Below, piece by piece: positions 24,647 to 37,435 of a stretch of DNA of 64,000 bases. Every line of letters starts with the position of its first letter. Positions within the stretch are counted from its first letter, which is position 1. The notes under the pieces are model-generated. The model worked only from the letters and a program-made list of their open reading frames with translations. It did not search any database and was not told where the DNA came from. The stretch spans positions 13,392,001 through 13,456,000 of the forward strand of contig NC_090340.1 in assembly GCF_035084215.1 (NCBI RefSeq). Direction: 5' to 3'. The translations under genes and the position numbers were made by a program. Origin of the DNA: Heptranchias perlo. Lineage: Eukaryota.

Positions 24647-25137
24647 CTAATAGAGAGAAAAAAATAACAAACTTTAAAGACACTCAGGAACAGACATTAT
24701 ATGTGGGTAGGTTGCTGAATGAGAATAGGGTTTGACTGCAGTTTGATAGAATTAAAATATCGATACACTAAGGATAATCGATGAATTCCAAATTGTTATA
24801 ACCCCTCCCTTCCCAGACTTTCTCCCCCCCCGACTCCAGACTCTTGCTGGGAAACAGTTCCACAGACACTGTCAGCTCTCCACTATCTCTCAAAAAGGGC
24901 CATTCTTCATGTGTAAGTCCTGACACTGAGTATCGGCAGGCTATCTGACCATGTGGGGCATCACAACAAAACTGATCTGATGTGTGTACATGTATGTGTA
25001 CAAGTATGTGTACACACACAGCAGGGGTCACTGGATAGCAATTAGGAGCAGGTATCATGGCTCGTTGCTCCCTTCTCTAGTCCAGGAGGCTGAGGTTAAT
25101 TCTGGTGCCCCGAGTGACATTAACTAGCCAAGAAAAA

Positions 25138-27669
25138 TAGGACTGTCCAATATCACATGCCCTGTGACAGGACTGTCCAATATCACATGCCCTGTGACAG
25201 GACTGTCCAATATCACATGCCCTGTGACAGGACTGTCCAATATCACATGCCCTGTGATAGGACTGTCCAATATCACATGCCTTGTGACAGGACTGTCCAA
25301 TATCACATGCACTGTGACAGGACTGTCCAATATCACATGCCTTGTGATAGGACTGTCCAATATCACATGCACTGTGATAGGACTGTCCAATATCACATGC
25401 ACTGTGATAGGACTGTCCAATATCACATGCCTTGTGACAGGACTGTCCAATATCACATGCACTGTGATAGGACTGTCCAATATCACATGCCTTGTGATAG
25501 GACTGTCCAATATCACATGCCTTGTGATAGGACTGTCCAATATCACATGCCCTGTGACAGGACTGTCCAATATCACATGCCCTGTGATAGGACTGTCCAA
25601 TATCACATGCCCTGTGACAGGACTGTCCAATATCACATGCACTGTGATAGGACTGTCCAATATCACATGCCCTGTGATAGGACTGTCCAATATCACATGC
25701 CCTGTGACAGGACTGTCCAATATCACATGCCCTGTGACAGGACTGTCCAATATCACATGCCTTGTGATAGGACTGTCCAATATCACATGCCCTGTGATAG
25801 GACTGTCCAATATCACATGCCCTGTGATAGGACTGTCCAATATCACATCCCCTGTGACAGGACTGTCCAATATCACATGCCTTGTGATAGGACTGTCCAA
25901 TATCACATGCCCTGTGATAGGACTGTCCAATATCACATGCACTGTGACAGGACTGTCCAATATCACATGCACTGTGACAGGACTGTCCAATATCACATGC
26001 CCTGCGACAGGACTGTCCGATATCACATGCCCTGTGACAGGACTGTCCAATATCACATGCCTTGTGATAGGACTGTCCAATATCACATGCACTGTGACAG
26101 GACTGTCCAATATCACATGCACTGTGACAGGACTGTCCAATATCACATGCCCTGCGACAGGACTGTCCAATATCACATGCCCTGCGACAGGACTGTCCAA
26201 TATCACATGCCCTGCGACAGGACTGTCCAATATCACATGCCCTGCGACAGGACTGTCCAATATCACATGCCCTGTGACAGGACTGTCCAATATCACATGC
26301 CCTGTGATAGGACTGTCCAATGTCACATGCCCTGTGACAGGACTGTCCAATATCACATGCCCTGTGACAGGACTGTCCAATATCACATGCCCTGTGATAG
26401 GATTGTCCAATGTCACATGCCCTGTGACAGGACTGTCCAATGTCACATGCCTTGTGATAGGACTGTCCAATGTCACATGCCCTGTGACAGGACTGTCCAA
26501 TATCACATGCCTTGTGATAGGACTGTCCAATATCACATGCCTTGTGATAGGACTGTCCAATATCACATGCCCTGTGATAGGACTGTCCAATATCACATGC
26601 CCTGTGACAGGACTGTCCAATATCACATGCCTTGTGATAGGACTGTCCAATATCACATGCCCTGTGATAGGACTGTCCAATATCACATGCCCTGTGACAG
26701 GACTGTCCAATATCACATGCCTTGTGATTGGACTGTCCAATATCACATCCCCTGTGACAGGTCTGTCCAATATCACATGCCCTGTGACAGGACTGTCCAA
26801 TATCACATGCCCTGTGACAGGACTGTCCAATATCACATGCCCTGTGACAGGACTGTCCAATATCACATGCCCTGTGACAGGACTGTCCAATATCACATGC
26901 CCTGTGACAGGACTGTCCAATATCACATGCCCTGTGACAGGACTGTCCAATATCACATGCCCTGTGACAGGACTGTCCAATATCACATGCCCTGTGACAG
27001 GACTGTCCAATATCACATGCCTTGTGATAGGACTGTCCAATATCACATGCCTTGTGATAGGACTGTCCAATATCACATCCCCTGTGACAGGTCTGTCCAA
27101 TATCACATGCCCTGTGACAGGACTGTCCAATATCACATGCCGTGTGACAGGACTGTCCAATATCACATGCCTTGTGATTGAACTGTCCAATATCACATCC
27201 CCTGTGACAGGACTGTCCAATATCACATGCCTTGTGATAGGACTGTCCAATATCACATGCCCTGTGACAGGACTGTCCAATATCACATACCCTGTGACAG
27301 GACTGTCCAATATCACATGCCCTGTGACAGGACTGTCCAATATCACATGCCTTGTGATAGGACTGTCCAATATCACATGCCCTGTGATAGGACTGTCCAA
27401 TATCACATGCCCTGTGACTGGACTGTCCAATATCACATGCCTTGTGATTGAACTGTCCAATATCACATCCCCTGTGACAGGTCTGTCCAATATCACATGC
27501 CCTGTGACAGGACTGTCCAATATCACATGCCGTGTGACAGGACTGTCCAATATCACATGCCTTGTGATTGAACTGTCCAATATCACATCCCCTGTGACAG
27601 GACTGTCCAATATCACATGCCCTGTGATAGGACTGTCCAATATCACATGCCCTGTGACAGAACTGTCCA
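25138..27669. repeat. 30-bp minisatellite array B (about 84 units, CpG-poor variant)
   Basis: GGACTGTCCAATATCACATGCCCTGTGA(C/T)A; same family and orientation as array A. Confidence 0.98.
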
Positions 27670-28125
27670 GCAGTAAGGATTGAACCTGCAACCTTCCCAG
27701 CCTGTATCAATCAGCACCACACATAGCAGAGCCATTGGAGGATACAGTGTTGCAAGGAACACTGATGGGTGTTGAGGAAGTGTTGGGCACATTCTCCTTC
27801 TGTCTGCTACGGCACCGAATGTACCCATCAAACATTACTGCTGACAGAAGTCTCTCAGAATGAGGTCAGGTGTCACATGGTGAGATACACAGTAAATCTC
27901 TCCCTTCTCTCTCCATCAACCTGCCTGAGCCCCAACCCTAGAATAACACCCTCTACTGCAGCAGTGGGGCATTTTGATTGCCAACACCACCCTTTCAAGT
28001 GGGCTCCCTGACAATGAAATGCCAGTCCGTGCTGAATTGCAAGCAGTTTAGCGCCGTGGAGCTGGTGAGGAACGATGTGCCCAGTTAGAGAGGGCCGCTA
28101 CCAACACTGGAGGTTCAAAGGTTAC

Positions 28126-28204
28126 CTTCCTCTCGTCGTCCTTGGAACTCAGTAACAGGGCGATGATCAGTGCCATTGCTTTCGTCTGGATCATTTGGTT
28201 TGTC
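28126..28204 (-). CDS. ELMO3: ELMO3 coding exon 8
   Basis: 79 nt; TNQMIQTKAMALIIALLLSSKDDERK. Confidence 0.95.
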
Positions 28205-28289
28205 CTGCAGAGAAAAGAAAAGGCAGGGATCAGCCAAAGAGGAGATGCCCAAGAGAAGCACTCAAGGGAAAACTTGCAAACTATTAGAA

Positions 28290-28835
28290 ATAGTGGTTAG
28301 AATGTGGAACTCGCTACCCCATGGAGAGGTTGAGGTGAATAGTATAGATGCATTTAAGGGGAAGCTAGATAAACACGAGGGAGAAAGGAATAGAAGGAAT
28401 AAAATCAGAAAATGGTGGAAGCACTCAGCAGGTCAGGCAGAATCTGTGAAGAGAGAAACAGAGCTAATGTTTCAGGTCGGTGACCTTTCATCAGCACTGG
28501 AAGAAGTTCGAGATTTAACAGTTTTTAAGCAAGTACAGAGCCCAGGAAAGTGGGGGAGAGAGAGGAGGGGAGGGGAAGAACAAAAGGGAAGGTCTGTGAT
28601 AGGGTGGAGGGCAGGAGTGATTAAATGACAAAAGGAACGATGGTGCAAGGCAAGGAGGGTGGTAATGGGACAAGTAAAGAAACAAAAGATGGGTCCAAAG
28701 GAGGTGTAAATGGAATAGAAGGATATGCTGATAGAGTGAGATGAAGTAGGTTGGGAGGAGGCTCGCGTGGAGCTTAAAACCGGCATAGACCAGTTGGGCC
28801 GAATGGCCTGTTCCTGTGCTGTAAATTCGATGTAA
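28290..28835 (+). mobile_element. CR1 3' end interrupted by a Penelope-like insertion
   Basis: VVRMWNSLP..AFKGKLDK then a tail resuming after 28711. Confidence 0.8.
28399..28711 (-). mobile_element. Penelope-like element terminal fragment carrying a minimal hammerhead core
   Basis: Flanked by 12-bp duplication GGAATAGAAGGA (28387-28398, 28712-28723); minus strand CTGATGA-A-AGGTC-acc-GACCT-GAAAC at 28494-28469. Confidence 0.7.
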
Positions 28836-30025
28836 AAATATAACAGCGAGTCACCCGTGGCATTGCTCACAGCAAGTCACCCGTGGCATTGCTCACAGCG
28901 AGTCAGAGGTTAAACTGTTGCTTGAGGTTAAGCCATATCCATCGATGCCCTTACACAACAAAAATCTATCGATCTCAGTCTTGAACGTTTCAATTGACCC
29001 CCAACATCCACGGCCTTTTGTGGAGAGAGTTCCGGGTTTCCAGGCGTGACTCTCTCCTTGGATTTCCCTCCTGCTTCCTGGGAGATACCAGAGACCCTGT
29101 CCAGCAGCTCCCTGCTCAACACGACTCAGGCCGGGAGCTGGACCGAGTGGGACTCGAATCCGTGCCTGGCCCTGAGCGCTCCAGATCTTAGCTGCCTCAC
29201 TGTGGGGGCAAGGACCGAGAAAGGAGAAGGGAAGGGAAGGATACACAGACCCTGAGGTGGTGAGCTGCGTGACGGAGAACTGGGGAGATATTTGGGAAGA
29301 TACGTTTAAATAAACAGTGCATGGGCAACTAAACAGAACACAATGTGAGTGCACTGAGAATCAGGGCCATCCCATAATACTATTCAACTCAACAAGAAGG
29401 GTTGGGTTTACTAAGTGATGGAAGGGATGGGGTGACCCTTGACCTCATGAACACTGCTGACAGTTGCAGTTATTCCAGTTCAGTTATTGGGCATTTTGTG
29501 AATTTTGCTCTACTTGGCACAAAGGAATCATCGTTAGTCATTGGCCGAGAGAGCTTTGGAAAATGGTGGGAAGAGGGCAGCCATCTTTTGCCTTGGTTAG
29601 GGCACGGACCTCGGAAAAAACAGGCCTTGGAAGACGGCGTGCCCACACGAGCAGGCCCGAACACGTGTGTGAACATAAGGTGCACTCACGCGTGTCCTCA
29701 GCCTAATCTCTGCAGGTCGAAAGCAGACTTCTGCTCTCCAGCCTTCATCTCTCAAAACAACTGGAGGGTCACCTCCAAAAGGGGACGGTACACTTCAATA
29801 CCAAAGGGGTGTTCACCTTACCTGGGCCCAACATTCAACGCCACAGGCCCAGAGCTCGCCAAGGTCGACAACAGGAAAGACCCTCATCCATAGCTGTCCT
29901 TACTATTTGCCAGACAGAAAGTGTGAATTTAAAGTATCTACAGACTCTAGAAAATGAAAGCAGGGTTCCTGGGCCAGATGCACTCCAGATCTGCCCTGCC
30001 ATCTGGTCTTGCTGCTGCTACTTAC

Positions 30026-30177
30026 ACCTGTAGGTGAGAGATGAGCCTGTCCAGGGGGACCTCGTTCTTCACCAGCTGAAACAGATAGCTGCTGCTGAGC
30101 ACCATGCTCTCCAGGATGGCCAGGGACAACTGCTGGATCGAGGCATCCATCGCAGACTTGTTCACAAAACCTGCAAT
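30026..30177 (-). CDS. ELMO3: ELMO3 coding exon 7
   Basis: 152 nt; IAGFVNKSAMDASIQQLSLAILESMVLSSSYLFQLVKNEVPLDRLISHLQV. Confidence 0.95.
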
Positions 30178-30377
30178 CTACACACACAGGCGGACATGTG
30201 CACAACAGGTCAATAGGTTAGTGAGGTTAAAGGTTACAGCGCTGCAGTGTGGCACACACAGGCCTGTCACCGTGCTTGTGTTGTTCTTTTGGTTCATTTA
30301 TGCTAATCAAGGTGAGGAACATGAATGTTGGGGATGGAGCACTTACTGTTTTGGGCACCAAACACTTCCATGGCTTG

Positions 30378-31013
30378 CTACAGAGTAAAGCTCCCTCTAC
30401 ACTGTTCCATCAAACACTCCCAGATCAGGTACAGCATGGGTTAGATACAGAGTAAAGCTCCCTCTACACTGTCCCATCGAACACTCCCAGGGCAGGTACA
30501 GCACGGGATAGATACAGAGTAAAGCGCCCTCTACACTGTCCCATCAAACACTCCCAGATCAGGTACAGCACAGGTTAGATACAGAGTAAAGCTCCCTCTA
30601 CACTGTCCCATCGAACACTCCCAGGGCAGGTACAGCACGGGATAGATACAGAGTAAAGCGCCCTCTACACTGTCCCATCAAACACTCCCAGGGGCAAGTA
30701 CAGCACGGGTTAGATACAGAGTAAAGCTCCCTCTACACTGTCCCATCAAACACTCCCAGATCAGGTACAGCACAGGTTAGATACAGAGTAAAGCTCCCTC
30801 TACACTGTCCCATCAAACACTCCCAGGGCAGGTACAGCACAGGTTAGATACAGAGTAAAGCTCCCTCTACACTGTCCCATCAAACACTCCCAGGGCAGGT
30901 ACAGCACAGGTTAGATACAGAGTAATGCTCCCTCTACACTGTCCCATCAAACACTCCCAGGGCAGGTACAGCACGGGTTAGATACAGAGTAATGCTCCCT
31001 CTACACTGTCCCA
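30378..31013. repeat. About 67-bp tandem repeat, about 9.5 copies
   Basis: TAGATACAGAGTAAAGCTCCCTCTACACTGTCCCATCAAACACTCCCAGGGCAGGTACAGCACGGGT; a diverged monomer lies at about 15000-15040 (minus). Confidence 0.95.
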
Positions 31014-31479
31014 ACAATGCCCCTCAGTCCAACTCCAGAAAAGTGCCCGCACTGAACCAGTGGTCCATCTGGTGAGATTGCTGATTTGTCCAATGGGCCC
31101 AAACCCCCAGGAAACCGGATTGAAACGGAGCATCTTTATTTCATAATGAGAAAGAGAGACTGAAAGGAAAAGCAAACAAGTGAGAATGTCATTGGTCTGG
31201 GCTGGATTTGAACTGCAGTCCCAGAGGTGAAAGAGCAATGTCCTCACTCACTGTGCAAATCAGTCCCCATCACAACTTCAAGAACCCACCCTGAAATCAA
31301 ACCAGTAGCAATAAAAAGGCTTCAGACTTACCCTCTTTCCCTTCTCATCGGAGGGGCCGAGGAAAATAGCGCTATCTTGCCTCTACTAGTGGTCTCCCCC
31401 AGTGGCGAGGCCAAGATTGGGAACTCGCCATGTGAGAGACATCTGGAGGTTCGCTAGTGCTGAGGTGGGGGGGGGGGAA

Positions 31480-34400
31480 AAGAGGGGTTTAAACTGATTT
31501 GTCAGGGGGATGGGCACCAGGATGTAGCATTAGAAAGGAGAAACAAGGTGCACAAAGGATTGGGAGAGACAGATAGCATTAGAGTAAGAAATAATACAGT
31601 ATTAGGTGGAATCAGACTAAGAGAGAGTACAAGAAGGTCTAAGACTGGTTTGCAGTGCATGTGCGTAAATGCACGAGGTGTGGTAAATAAGGTTGGTGAG
31701 CTGCAGGTGCAAATAGCCACATGGGAATACGATGTTGTAGCGATAACGGAGACCTGGCTCAAGAAAGGTAGGATTGGGTACTAAATATTCCTGGATACAA
31801 GGTGTTCAGGAAAGATAGGGAAGAAAGCAGGTGGCGGGGGGGGGGGGGGGGGGGAGAAGGTGGCAGTATTGATTAAGGAGACTATCACAGTGCTGGAGAG
31901 AGAGGATGTCCTTGAGGGGTTAAGGACAGAATCTATTTGGTTAGAGTTAAGAAACAATAGAGGTGCCATTACACTACTGGGTGTATTCTCTAGGCCACCA
32001 ACTAGTGGGAAGGATATAGAGGAGCAAATTTGCAGGGAAATTAGAGAGGTGCAAAAGCCATAGAGTAGTGATAACGGGGGACTTCAACTATCCTAATATA
32101 GGCTGGGATAGTAATAATACAAGGGGCAAAGAGGGGGGAGGAATTTTTGAAATGTGTTCAGGAGAACTTTCTTGACCAGTACGTTTCTGGCCCAACGAGG
32201 AAGGAGGCATTGCTGGACTTGGTTCTAGGGAATGAGGGGGGCCAAGTGGAGCAAGTGTCAGTGGGAGAGCATTTAGGGAACAGTGATCATAGTATTATAA
32301 GGTTTAGAATAGCTATGGAAAAGGACACGAACCACTCTAAAGTAAAAATACTCAATTGGAGGAGGGCCAATTTCAGTGGGATGAGAACAGATCTGACCGG
32401 GGTAAATTGGAATCAAAGGCTGGCAGGCAAAACTGTAATTGAACAGTGGGTGGCCTTTAAAGAGGAGATGGTTCAGGTACAGTCTAGATACAGTCCCATG
32501 AGGGGGAAAGGTAGGGCAAGTAAAGCCAGAGCTCCCTGGATGACAAAAGAGATAGAGAGTGAGATGAAGCAGAAAAAGGGGGTATTATGACAGGTGAGAA
32601 CCAGGCAGAATATAGAAAGTTCAGAGGGGAAGTGAGAAAGGAAATAAGAGGGGCAAAGAGAGAGAATGAGAATAGACTGGCGGCTAACATAAAAGGGAAT
32701 CCAAAAGTCTTCTATAGGCACGTAAACAGTAAACGGATAGTAAGAGGAGGGGTGGGGCCGATTAGGGACCAAAAAGGAGATGTACTCATGGAGGCAGAGG
32801 GCATGGCCGAGGTACTAAATGAATACTTTGCATCTGTCTTTACCAAGGAAGAAGATGCTGCTGGAGTCTCAGTAAAGGAAGATATAGTTGAGATACTGGA
32901 TGGGCTAAAAATTGACAAAGAAGACGTACTAGAAAGACTGGCTGTACTTAAAGTAGATAAGTCACCCGGTCCGAATAGGATTCACCCTAGGTTGCTGAGG
33001 GAAGTAAGGGTGGAAATTGCGGAGGTACTGGCCATAATCTTCCAAACATCCTTAGATACCGGGGTAGTGCCAGACGACTGGTGAATTGCAAATGTTACAC
33101 CCTAGTTCAAAAAAGGGCGTAAGGATAAACCCAGCAAATATAGGCCAGTCAATTTAACCTCAGTGGTGGGGAAACTTTTAGAAACGATAATCCGGGTCAG
33201 AATTAACATTCACTTGGATGAGTGTGGATTGATTAGGGAAAGCCAGCACGGATTAGTTAAAGGCAAATCGTGTTTAACTAACTTGATAGAGTTTTTTGAT
33301 GAGGTAACAGAGAGGGTCGAAGAGGGCAATGCAGTTGATGTGGTGTATATAGACTTTCAAAAGGCATTTGATAAAGTGCCACATAATATGCTTGTCATCA
33401 TGAATGAAGCCCATGGAATAAAGGGAGCAGTAGCAGCATGGATACAGAATTGGCTAAGGGACAGGAAACAGAGAGTAGTGGTGAACCGTTGTTTTTCGGA
33501 CTGGAGGGAGGTGTACAGTGATGTTCCCCAGGGGTCGGTACTAGGACCACTGCTTTTCTTGATATATATTAATGACATGGACTTGGGTGTACAGGGCACA
33601 ATTTCAAAATTTGCAGATGACACAAAACTTGGAAGGGTAGTGAACAGTGAGGAGGATAGCGATAGACTTCAAGAGGATATAGACAGGCTGGTGTCATGGG
33701 CGGACACGTGGCAGATGAAATTTAACGCAGAAAAATGCGAAGTGATACATTTTGGTAGGAAGAATGAGGAGAGGCAATATAAACTAGAGGGCATAATTCT
33801 AAAAGGGGTACAGGAACAGAGAGATCTGGGGGTATATATGCACAAATCATTGAAGGTGGCAGGACAGATTGAGAAAGCAGTTAAAAAAGGCACACGGGAT
33901 CCTGGGCTTTATAAATAGAGGCAGAGTACAAAAGCAAGGAAGTCATGATGATCCTTTATAAAATGCAGGTTCGGCCACAACTGGAGTATTGTGTCCAGTT
34001 CTGGGCACCGCACTTTAGGAAAGATGTGAAGGCCTTAGAGAGGGTGCAGAAGAGATTTACTAGAATGATTCCAGGGATGAGGGACTTTAGTTACGTGGAT
34101 AGACTGGAGAAGTTGGGGTTGTTCTCCTTGGAACAGAGAAGGTTGTGAGGAGATTTGATCGAGGTATTCAAGATCATGAAGGGTCTAGACAGAGTAGATA
34201 GAGAGAAACTGTTCCCATTGGCGGAAAGGTCAAGAACCAGAGAACATAGATTTAAGGTGATTGGCAAAAGAAGCAAAGGTGACATGAGGAAAAACTTTTT
34301 ACACAGTGAGTGGTTAGGATCTGGAATGCACTGCCTGAGGGGGTGGTGGAGGCAGATTCAATCATGTCCTTCAAAAGGGAACTGGATAAGTACTTGAAAG

Positions 34401-34527
34401 GAAAAAAATTGCAGGGCTATGGAGATAGGGCAGGGGCACAGGACTAGCTGGATTGCTCTTGCATAGAGCCGGCATGGACTCGATGGGCTGAATGGCCTCC
34501 TTCTGTGCTGTAACCTTTCTATGATTC
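31480..34527 (+). mobile_element. Near-complete degenerate CR1 LINE ORF2 (APE endonuclease + RT) with 3' UTR
   Basis: CVNARGVVNK..DVVAITETWL, SDH, DFQKAFDKVPH, PQGSVLGP, KFADDTKL, RPQLEYCVQFW; broken by stops and frameshifts. Confidence 0.95.
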
Positions 34528-34854
34528 TGGGAAGAGGGGCGACTTCAGCCCCATCACCCATGACATCTATCCCACTGACATCTGTGTGACATTCTTGGGT
34601 CATGGAGAAGCAGCTCCTGAACCTGATTGACATCACAAAGCGTCTCCTGCATCATTTCTGGGATGGGGCCCACATGGAGCAGGTACTGGTGCACAGTAAA
34701 ACCTTGTTAATCCAGATACCATTAATTCCAGTTAACTTCTGCCTCCCTCACTACATGAAAAAGGAGCAATTGTTCTCCCAGTTTTCTCCATCAATCTGCA
34801 GGGGCTCTTGGCCTGCATTCAACACCTCTCCTGAACAATGCAGTCAAGGGTGTG

Positions 34855-35110
34855 ACCTTACTGTCAGCTTGGCTCAATTGGTAGCACTCTCACCTCTGGG
34901 TCAACAGGTCAAGGGTTCAAGTCCCACTCCAGAGACTTGAGCACAAAATCTAGGCCGATACTCCAGTGCAGTACTGCGGGAGTGCTGTACTGTCGAAGGT
35001 GCCATCTTTTGGGTGAGGCGTTAAACCAAGGCCCCATCTGCCCTCTCAGGTGGTCGTATAGGATCCCACAGCACTGCTGAAAGAAGAGCAGGGGAGTTCT
35101 CCTGGCTAAC
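34855..35110 (+). mobile_element. Deu-SINE, 3'-truncated
   Basis: A and B boxes plus core as in the 7612 copy. Confidence 0.75.
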
Positions 35111-36219
35111 AGATTAACTGCTCATTCACTCAGCTCCTGTTTGGCTGGTTGAAGGCAGGTATTGATCTGTTTGGGGTTGTTTTTCTACGGTGCTGTGGTT
35201 ACACCAGAGACACAGCGACACGCCTACACTCTGAACCTTGAAACAGACGGGCACTGCTTGGTGCCAATTCCCCGTGTGAGGAACCATCAGCCTCAGACAG
35301 ATCCCCACACGTCAGGAGTAACATTAGAGCACAAGTCGCTCCACTGATCTCCCACACCTCCCTGCAGCTGGACAAAGAGCAGAGCGGACGGCTGCCTAGG
35401 TTGTTGGGTTGTTCAGCTGGGGAATGCCGCCTGGAACGAGGGAACGGTGGAGGGTTACACTCCCATCAATAATCGAGCTGCAAACCAATCCCTCAGACAT
35501 CACACTGCACAGAACCATCCAATCGCTCGGCAAACCCGGCGACGTTCCCGCTCCAGAGCCATTGTTTGGAACACGGATGGGACACAACAGACTAACGCTG
35601 CGTTCCTGCCCACGTGCAGCCAAACCCCAATTGGCTCCCAGTGACAGTGACAGGGTTCCTGCTCTCGATCGCAATGTGCTGACCACCGCCACCCCCCCCA
35701 CTACTGGAAGTGTACATGAAGGGACGACCAGTGAGAAGGGGGTGGGGTTTGGCAGTGATGCTCCCCCTGGTCAAATAGACTCACGTTCTCAACTCGCACG
35801 TGAAGAACGGCCAGCTAGATAATGCAATCTGCCAGTGTGGGTAGGTCCACAGCTAAGCAAAGGGTCAGGACCGGCGACTGAGGGCAGCTAACTCAGCACA
35901 GGCCGGTGATTGGCCTTGGGGGCCCTCCTGGTCTCCATGGCTCAGTGTCACAACAAAACGTGGGTGCCACTTATCAAGCATGGGGCTGTTTGGGTTACCA
36001 GGGTGGTAGAAGATGGGTATCCATGGGGCAAAATGGACCTCACTGATTAAGCGATGGTGTATCAGGCTGCCTGCTGACTCCACTGAGAATTGGCACAGAG
36101 ACACATTTCTAACGAGGATACATCTGGAGCTACAGGGCCAACTCGATAAAGACACTGACCAGTAACCAGCCAATCTGTGATCAGAGGCCTAAACCAGTGG
36201 TGGAGCCTACTACTAGTGA

Positions 36220-36235
36220 CAGCGCCCCCTAGCGA
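36220..36235 (-). promoter_or_regulatory. Candidate CTCF motif
   Basis: Minus strand TCGCTAGGGGGCGCTG versus core CCASYAGRKGGCRS; motif match only. Confidence 0.4.
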
Positions 36236-36267
36236 TCTCCACGTCTCACAGGAAGCCAGAGCCTCAC

Positions 36268-36367
36268 CTTCTTAATGAAAATGTGGGTGAGGGTTTCCCA
36301 GGAGACGACTCCATGTTCCATAAGTTCAATGAATGCATTCAGCGTGTGGGCCAAACTCTCGCCAGTG
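36268..36367 (-). CDS. ELMO3: ELMO3 coding exon 6
   Basis: 100 nt; TGESLAHTLNAFIELMEHGVVSWETLTHIFIKK (ELMEHGVVSWETL as in ELMO3). Confidence 0.95.
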
Positions 36368-36426
36368 CTGCAAACACAAGAAACAATCGCTTAATTACTT
36401 GGGGTATTCATCGTTTGATGTAATAT

Positions 36427-37175
36427 TAATGGGAGGGCGTTGGGGAGAGTTATAGAACAAAGAGATCTAGGAGTACAGGTTCACAGCTCCTTGAAAGTGG
36501 AGTCACAGGTGGATAGGGTGGTGAAGAAGGCATTCAGCATGCTTGGTTTCATTGGTCAGAACATTGAATACAGGAGTTGGGATGTCTTGTTGAAGTTGTA
36601 CAAGACATTAGTAAGTCCACACTAGGAATACTGTGTACAGTTCTGGTCACCCTATTATAGAAAGGATATTAAACTAGAAAGAGTGCAGAAAAGATTTACT
36701 AGGATGCTACCGGGACTTGATGGTTTGACTTACAGGGAGAGGTTAGACAGACTGGGACTTTTTTCCCTGGAGAGTAGGAGGGTTAGGGGTGATCTTATGG
36801 AAGTCTATAAAATAATGAGGGGCATAGATAAGGTAGATAGCCAAAATCTTTTCCCAAAGGTAGGGGAGTCGATAACGAGGGGGCATAGATTTAAGGTGAG
36901 AGGGGAGAGATACAAAAGGGTCCAGAGGGTCAATTTTTTCACTCACAGGGTGGTGAGTGTCTGGAACGAGCTGCCAGAGGCAGTAGTAGAGGCGGGTACA
37001 ATTTTGTCTTTTAAAAAGCATTTGGACAGTTACATGGGTAAGATGGGTATAGAGGGATATGGGCCAAGTGCAGGCAATTGGGACTAGCTTAGTGGTATAA
37101 ACTGGGCGACATGGACATGTTGGGCCGAAGGGCCTGTTTCCATGTTGTAAACTTCTATGATTCTATGATTCTATG
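36427..37175 (+). mobile_element. Young CR1 3' fragment with (TTCTATGA)n tail
   Basis: Closely matches the minus-strand copy at 62729-63955. Confidence 0.92.
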
Positions 37176-37418
37176 AATATATCTAACCCCCTCACCCCAC
37201 ATCAAGCACAGGAAGACCACAGTGGGTCAGGGAGATCAGAATTAAGATACAAAGTCGGGAATGCCACAAGCTTTGTGTGTCAAGTTGACGATTGTGAACA
37301 TTTGTTCACTTATTGTACTAAGCTCAGTCGACACTGCCCAAACACATGCCCCAAGTGCAACAGGCTCGAGGGGCTGAATGGCCTCCTCCTGTTCCCATGC
37401 TCCAAGCCAATCTCGGAA

Positions 37419-37435
37419 CAGCGCCCTCTGCTGCC
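37419..37435 (-). promoter_or_regulatory. Candidate CTCF motif
   Basis: Minus strand GGCAGCAGAGGGCGCTG; motif match only. Confidence 0.35.

Noticed and set aside
23111-27669. CRISPR-like array (palindromic 30-bp repeats)
   Set aside because: Units are head-to-tail with no unique spacers, there are no cas genes, and the context is eukaryotic
23016-27710. ORFs of 486-877 aa (HRACDIGQSC, VILDSPVTGH, TGLSNITCPV repeats) as novel Cys/His-rich proteins
   Set aside because: They are translations of a stop-poor 30-bp satellite, open in several frames on both strands, inside ELMO3 introns, with no unique domain or codon-position bias
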